From Bdellovibrionales bacterium (lineage in GTDB: Bacteria > Bdellovibrionota > Bdellovibrionia > Bdellovibrionales > UBA1609): DNA of 64,000 nucleotides. Below are positions 58,044 through 64,000 of this stretch, one piece after another. The stretch is taken from NCBI GenBank assembly GCA_965261545.1, contig CBDHDF010000006.1, positions 1 to 64,000 of the forward strand. The letters run 5' to 3'. Positions within the stretch are counted from its first letter, which is position 1. Each line of letters starts with the position of its first letter. The notes under the pieces were generated by a model that was given only the letters and a program-made list of their open reading frames with translations, was not told where the DNA came from and made no database searches. The translations under genes were made by a program, and so were the position numbers.

Positions 58044-60919
58044 TTATCCGTTGGCCATAGCCCCCCTAACCTCTTTACTGGGTCTCCATACTCCGATGGG
58101 TTTTCTAGAAACTCGGTCGTAATGCCTATTCGGACGTAGCCTTTGTCGGCAGGTCTTCATATTTGTAATGATGCAATTGAGGGTTTTACTAAGCACTACC
58201 TTTTGTTGAAGAAAAAGACCTTCAATATTTCTTGCAATTGTCAGTAAATTGTTTTTAAAGTTTGTCTGCATGGTTTGTTTTTTACTATGGGATTGAGATG
58301 TATTAAGACGGTCTTCCGTGTAGTTGGAAAATAATCTTGTCAGAGTGATAAGTGTGAAGTGTGCAAACAATTCTTGTTTGACTCCCCTTTCACTTTGAGA
58401 ATGAAACTCTTCAATGGTCATCAGTTCTTTGGATATTTTGTACAGTTCCTCTATACTCCAGCGTCCATGATAGAGATTGGCCAGATCATCAATGGAATAT
58501 TTTTTTTGATCCATTAAGGTTGTTCCTAGAACAAAAGTAGTTTGTCCAATTTTATATTTGACCAAACGCAAAGCGTAGGCTTTGAAGTCGTCTTGTGGCT
58601 TTTTTTTATGTAGTTCTTTCAGAATTTGCTTGCTAGGAATGACTTGGATCACTGAGTCTTTTTGATCATTATTAATAAATTCATCAAAAACAGTGTTGGC
58701 ATTTCTCCTTATCCTAAACACCGCATGCAGACTTCGCACCTTATGCTCATGAAGCATTTCGTAGGAATAATAGCCACGATCATAAACCACAACATCGTTT
58801 TCAAACAATTTTTTGAAATGAGTTTGTGCAGCCTTTCTCTCATTGTTATGGGCAAAGAGATCAAAATCCACAGGAATCTTCGACTGTAGTTGGTACAGGC
58901 AACTGACAAGACCTTGAGGGTACCATGCTTTTTCCCATGGTTGCTGATACCCATTATCTACGAGTTGACGTGGTAAATTTATTTTCGATCCATCCACTGC
59001 GAAAACCTTATGGCCCTTCCATAAGGTACTAGAATGGATATACCGTCTTGTTTAAGAATTTCATCATGCAAAACTTTAAATATATTTTCATCTACTTTAG
59101 CCCGTGCACTACACATAGTGGATGCCCGAACTGGTTTAGGTTGAGGGAGTTCAATGTCTAATATGCGACACTGCTCCCAAAGTTCAATCAAAGTTGTATC
59201 ATAACCTTGTTTTCCTTTAGAGAAAACAAGTCGGAAGATGAAAAGTATAATCAACAATGTATTCAAGACACGTTGACGCTTTTGCCAGGTTCGGTCGTAC
59301 TCATCTGCAATGATAACCACTGTCTTGATGATGTTTTGCCAAAGATGCACAAAAGAGTCCTCTAGCATAGGCTCAGCCAAGTTCTTATGTGGCTTGATGG
59401 TGGGTTTCCCGACGGGTTTAGCGCATTGGGGGCCATTCAATAAGATAGACTGATAATTCTTTGTCAGAGGTTGAACATAAACACCTTTTTGAGTTTTTCC
59501 CTTTACATTTTTGTAGGCACGACTCCCATTTGTTTTGCCCAAATAAAGCCAGTTGGCAGCACGATAGCTCGTGGCATTAAATTTGGTAAGGTCGACAAAA
59601 GTCTCCATGAGTACAGGTTTGAAAGCATGTTTTAACTCCCAGTCTGTGGGAAGTTGGCGAGTTGCCATAGATAAAGCCATCGAAGCAAGATGGCGAACCT
59701 TTACCCAGGGAAAGATCAAAAATCGACTATTGTTCACCACTAAATTCAAGTGCTTTTTGTAAGCTCGATTTTGCCAACCGATCCATTCATCACGGCAAGG
59801 CAAAGTGGATGTGCCAGCTTCAAATAAAAGACAACCCAATCTTCGCCCACAATTATCTAGGATGAAATAGCGCAAATGGGGACCAAAGGGACGTCTGTAA
59901 TTGAGATAATGATGCCGATCGACAACTTCATTCCATTCCTTAATGGCCTCTTGATCAGTTACGATTTGCAAAGAAAGTGGGGTCAATGAGTCTAGTTTAT
60001 CGTTGATGAGAGGCTTCCTGAAATCCCTAAAAGTTGTAACTAGGTTTAATGTATTGCGTTAACTCTCTTTTCCTATGGAATTGGCTACTATCAACGGTTT
60101 GAGAGGTTTAATAGTATTAATATATTTAATATGACTCATAAAAATCTTCTTCGAAAGGTCCTTCGTTCCCATTGGATCGACAATATAAATTAGGCATAGT
60201 GGTAGCCTGCTTCTCTTCCTTGTCCCAAAAGCTTTTAACTTTATAGAGATAGGTTTTTCTTCAGTAACCCTCTCCAAAATTAGTTTCAGCTCCTATAGCC
60301 TGTTTCATGTGTTCTTGGGAAAGATATATCGCAGATTTTTCCTCTATTTGAAACAATTTTGAGAGATATTTCTTTCATTAAGATTATTATAAGAGTACAC
60401 AGTTTAAAATAGCAGTGCCAAGTTTCAAAACGAATCTCGGCAAGAACTACTGGTTTTTTCCTTATTTTTTTGCTCAAAAGTGTATGACATCGTTAATATT
60501 GTAACTATGCTTTTGAAGAGATGAAAATCTCTTAATCAAAGTGAAGGCCTTCTCAGACAATAATCAGGACTTAAGTCCTATACCTAGTTACAACTTTTAG
60601 GGATTTCAGGAGGCTTTTCATCTGTTCGGTGTGTCCAAGTGATTTTTTTGGAGGGGACACTCCGCTTTGACATGTCTTTTTCTGGCAGGGATAGAATGTC
60701 AAGTTCCTCTAGCGTCTCAAGCATACGAAGGCACGATTGGATGCGATGATCACCTTTGGGAGTTAGCCAACCAAGATGTTCACAAACTGTATAACCCAGT
60801 TCACGGCGACTTAAAGAAGGAAATAGCGCCACCGTCTTTTGAATGTCGGCAATTTGCTTGCGCGTCAAGCGTCTTCCAAAAAAAGTTGTTGAAGGCAATG
60901 TCTCTATGCGTGGGTCCAT
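58044..60919 (-). pseudogene. DUF4338-IS4 transposase fusion, disrupted
   Basis: 594-bp insertion at 60017-60610, 1-bp deletion near 59035, and 6-bp in-frame deletion near 59419 relative to copy 1. Confidence 0.9.
60017..60610. mobile_element. 594-bp non-autonomous element (MITE)
   Basis: 29-bp perfect TIR CCTGAAATCCCTAAAAGTTGTAACTAGGT; 6-bp TSD AGGCTT (60011-60016/60611-60616); the empty site is visible in IS copy 1. Confidence 0.95.
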
Positions 60920-61271
60920 TTGAGTCTCTCCCCTTTGGGAATGGTTCAAATATAATGTGACACAACGATGGGGTGGACTCAAGTATTTTTTTTCGGAAAA
61001 AGAAAAAAGATAAAAGCCCCCTTAACTCAGTATGTTAGAGGGAGTCAGAAAAATGTGGAAAAACCTTCTGCAAAAACGAATGCCATTGGGGCTAATGGGG
61101 CTGATTTGGCAAGAGGGTCCTTCCACATAAAATATTTATCGATGGTAAGAAAGCTGTTGTTGATGTGCACGCATATGTGAATGGAGCGTCTGTATCATTA
61201 TCATGACCTCCATAACCATCCACATATTTAAGAACTGGTACTTGAGAAGAGGAGCGAAAGTCCCAAGGGGT

Positions 61272-62007
61272 CAATGCCGTTTCCTTAAGAAAAATCTCTT
61301 GAAATCATTAGATAAATCGACAAGAATAAGACTTGTTTTATTTTACACCCAACCCTCAACCAAGGAGTAAGTTACATGCAATCCAATATTGATCTCGAAA
61401 GCCCCCAAATGACGAGTTCGCGTCACAGATGACCATTTTATTCTACCAAAACTTGATTCTTCCTTCAAGCCAGAGCACCTTGTCGATCCAGAAAAACAAA
61501 AAAGGAATCGAAAATTTAATCCTCAAATTTTCTTTTTTACCATTATCTATCTTATTTCCGGAACAAATTACGAAGGCTACCAAATCGCTCTTAAGACGGT
61601 ATGGACTCATTTTGGTGACCTGCTTCTCATGCCAGTCAAAAGCAGTCTCAGCAAGATACGTCAAAGTATTTCTTACCTATTTTTCAAAGATATCTTTGAA
61701 TCTCTGATTACAGACTACGAACCATTGAGAAAAACGTTTCATGGTTTTTATATCTATGCCATAGATGGCGACCAATTAGCACTTCCTCGCTCTAAAGATC
61801 TTTTAAAGGAGGGTTATTGTGGGTACCCTTGCCCAAATGAGATGGAAACTCATTTCTTACGTATGTATCTATCTCATGCTTATGACGTTTTATCGGGTGT
61901 GACAAAGAATCTTTGCTTTTCTCCCGCTCTCAACGAAATCGCCAATGCTATTCAAATGATAGGTAGTTTTGAGAGTAATAGCATAACTCTCTACGATAGG
62001 CTTTATT
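61272..62007 (+). mobile_element. IS4-B copy 1, 5' part (interrupted by ISL3)
   Basis: Starts CAATGCCGTTTCCTTAAG; near-identical to 62132-62867; identity stops after CTTTATT at 62007. Confidence 0.92.
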
Positions 62008-62131
62008 GGGTATATCCGAGTTTCTCAACAGAAAATGGGCCTAATTTCGACGTTGCAGAATTACCGCATTAAAAACCAAGAAAATAATTCAATTTCCATG
62101 ATTTATCCCCCTCATTACTTTACCCATAACA

Positions 62132-63548
62132 CAATGCCGTTTCCTTAAGAAAAATCTCTTGAAATTATTAGATAAATCGACAAGAATAAGACTTGTTTTA
62201 TTTTACACCCAACCCTCAACCAAGGAGTAAGTCACATGCAATCCAATATTGATCTCGAAAGCCCCCAAATGACGAGTTCGCGTCACAGATGACCATTTTA
62301 TTCTACCAAAACTTGATTCTTCCTTCAAGCCAGAGCACCTTGTCGATCCAGAAAAACAAAAAAGGAATCGAAAATTTAATCCTCAAATTTTCTTTTTTAC
62401 TATTATCTATCTTATTTCCGGAACAAATTACGAAGGCTACCAAATCGCTCTTAAGACGGTATGGACTCATTTTGGTGACCTGCTTCTCATGCCAGTCAAA
62501 AGCAGTCTCAGCAAGATACGTCAAAGTATTTCTTACCTATTTTTTAAAAATATCTTTGAATCTCTGATTACAGACTACGAACCATTGAGAAAAACGTTTC
62601 ATGGCTTTTATATCTATGCCATAGATGGCGACCAATTAGCACTTCCTCGCTCTAAAGATCTTTTAAAGGAGGGTTATTGTGGGTACCCTTGCCCAAATGA
62701 GATGGAAACTCATTTCTTACGTATGTATCTATCTCATGCTTATGACGTTTTATCGGGTGTGACAAAGAATCTTTGCTATTCTCCCGCTCTCAACGAAATC
62801 GCCAATGCTATTCAAATGATAGGTAGTTTTGAGAGTAATAGCATAACTCTCTACGATAGGCTTTATTTATCTACAGAGATTATTAAGGCCCATGCTCAAG
62901 CCAGTAACTTCTTTATTGCGCGTTGTAAGCGAGGCTCTACTTTTATCCCCATCGTAAATTTATTTAATGGCCCAGGTTGGTATTCACAAATGGTTATTGA
63001 GGGGGTGGTCATTCATCTCTATAAGTATAAAAACCCAAAGACTGGGGAGTTCTCTGTTTTGGCCACTAATCTTCCGCATGGCTCCTTGGACAAGAAGGAT
63101 ATGGTTGCTCTTTACTCTCGTCGTTGGGAAATAGAAACGACATTTCGTGATTTTACATCGACAATGAAAATGGAGCAGTGGCACTCAACAAGCCTTAATG
63201 GAATATTGCAAGAGCTGTATTCTTATTTTTGGCTCTTCAATTATACAAAGATTCAAATGAGCATAAATGAGGATGAAGACAGTGTGAATCAGTTGGTAAA
63301 AAATGACTACAAAAAACCTAACTTTAAACTGATTCTTGATTTCATAATGGATAGCATCCCCCTTTTTGTTGCGGGGCTCTATCAGAAATTTAGGAAGCAG
63401 ATAAAGTTGCTGATGAAGATTTCAATGGAGAAGAGGAGGCACTTCAAAAGAAGCTATGAAAGGTCTATCAAAAGGGCTGGGAGTTCTTTTAAAAGAAATA
63501 GCTTAACGCAGAGGCAGAGGGGTGTGGTGGCTTAAGGAAACGGCATTG
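62132..63548 (+). mobile_element. IS4-B copy 2, full length (1417 bp)
   Basis: TIR CAATGCCGTTTCCTTAAG / CTTAAGGAAACGGCATTG; 10-bp TSD ACCCATAACA (62122-62131/63549-63558). Confidence 0.96.
62489..63535 (+). CDS. IS4-family DDE transposase (frame is open from 62273; start unresolved)
   Basis: YAIDGD, LYDRLY, YSRRWEIETTFRDF (YREK-like). Confidence 0.9.
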   Translation: MPVKSSLSKIRQSISYLFFKNIFESLITDYEPLRKTFHGFYIYAIDGDQLALPRSKDLLKEGYCGYPCPNEMETHFLRMYLSHAYDVLSGVTKNLCYSPALNEIANAIQMIGSFESNSITLYDRLYLSTEIIKAHAQASNFFIARCKRGSTFIPIVNLFNGPGWYSQMVIEGVVIHLYKYKNPKTGEFSVLATNLPHGSLDKKDMVALYSRRWEIETTFRDFTSTMKMEQWHSTSLNGILQELYSYFWLFNYTKIQMSINEDEDSVNQLVKNDYKKPNFKLILDFIMDSIPLFVAGLYQKFRKQIKLLMKISMEKRRHFKRSYERSIKRAGSSFKRNSLTQRQRGVVA

Positions 63549-63612
63549 ACCCATAACAAAACCATGGTTTAATCTCTTAATTTACTTATTGGAAAATAAT
63601 ACAGGAGATGCC

Positions 63613-64000
63613 ATGGTCTTGAATAAGTTTATTATAAAGATGTTGAAATTATCATTCTTAAAAGTGACTTGGGTTAAATTTAAAAATCGAAATCAAGAAC
63701 TTCACTTAGGGGTTAAACCCCATAAGAATGGCTGCCGCTGTCCTCATTGTGGACGCCGCTGTAAGATACTTAGATGCTTAGAAGAAAGAGTGTGGCGAGA
63801 TATCGTCGTGTGCGGTACCCCCATTTATTTCCATTATTCTCCGAAGGAAGTTCTGTGTCCCACTCATGGTCGTATTATGGAGAGAATTCCTTGGGCCGAC
63901 CACTTCAGTCGAGTCACCTATCGTCTGGAACTAACAATTCTGACCCTGACCAAGCAGATGACCCAAAAAGCCGTTTCAGAGCTTGTCAAGATACCCACAT
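63613..64000 (+). CDS. ISL3-family transposase, N-terminal part
   Basis: Not in the ORF track. AGGAG RBS, then MVLNKF...CRCPHCG...RVWRDI...VLCPTHG...ERIPWADHFSRVT (zinc finger + ISL3 motifs); open to the window end. Confidence 0.88.
   Translation, partial: MVLNKFIIKMLKLSFLKVTWVKFKNRNQELHLGVKPHKNGCRCPHCGRRCKILRCLEERVWRDIVVCGTPIYFHYSPKEVLCPTHGRIMERIPWADHFSRVTYRLELTILTLTKQMTQKAVSELVKIPT

Larger units (their letters stand above)
57942..61088 (-). mobile_element. IS4-A copy 2, interrupted by a MITE
   Basis: Same TIRs as copy 1; 10-bp TSD GGGCTAATGG at 57932-57941 and 61089-61098. Confidence 0.96.
62008..64000 (+). mobile_element. ISL3-family element, left part (interrupted by IS4-B copy 2; runs off the window)
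   Basis: Begins GGGTATATCC exactly where IS4-B copy 1 breaks; resumes at 63549 and leads into an ISL3 transposase. Confidence 0.75.

Noticed and set aside
128..61088. Composite transposon formed by the two IS4-A copies
   Set aside because: Copy 2 has its own TSD, the outer flanks do not match, and the interval is core chromosome

Overview
A 64-kb bacterial chromosome segment, most likely Bdellovibrionota/Oligoflexia (inferred from FLNC/YQNC-type lipoprotein signals, a Bd1971-like cNMP-EAL protein and gene content). IS proliferation and pervasive slippage insertions hint at a host-associated lineage. The core carries housekeeping genes: grxC, prs-rplY-pth-ychF, ddl-ftsQ-ftsA-ftsZ-lpxH, iscS-mnmA-mtaB-purC, ftsY, hutU, HU, tldDE and a peroxiredoxin. 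It also has two paralogous TonB-dependent receptors, a Fluc + CusCBA-type efflux operon, an ABC exporter and a class II Fic gene. Both ends hold insertion sequences. Two disrupted copies of an IS4-family element encode a DUF4338 (DruA/Mom-like) domain fused to the DDE transposase; one copy is hit by a 594-bp MITE. The right end has a nested IS4/ISL3/IS4 stack. The best candidates for uncharacterised systems are: (1) an eight-gene operon of J-domain, CesT/YbjN-like, PspA, DUF4178-like, DUF350, two membrane proteins and a membrane aminopropyltransferase; (2) the putative DNA-modifying transposase fusion; (3) a lipoprotein with nine His/Cys/Lys repeats; (4) an ATP-grasp + TldDE cassette; (5) a lipoprotein built from an exact 696-bp duplication. 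No rRNA, tRNA or CRISPR array was found. Family assignments come from motif recognition by eye, not from database searches.
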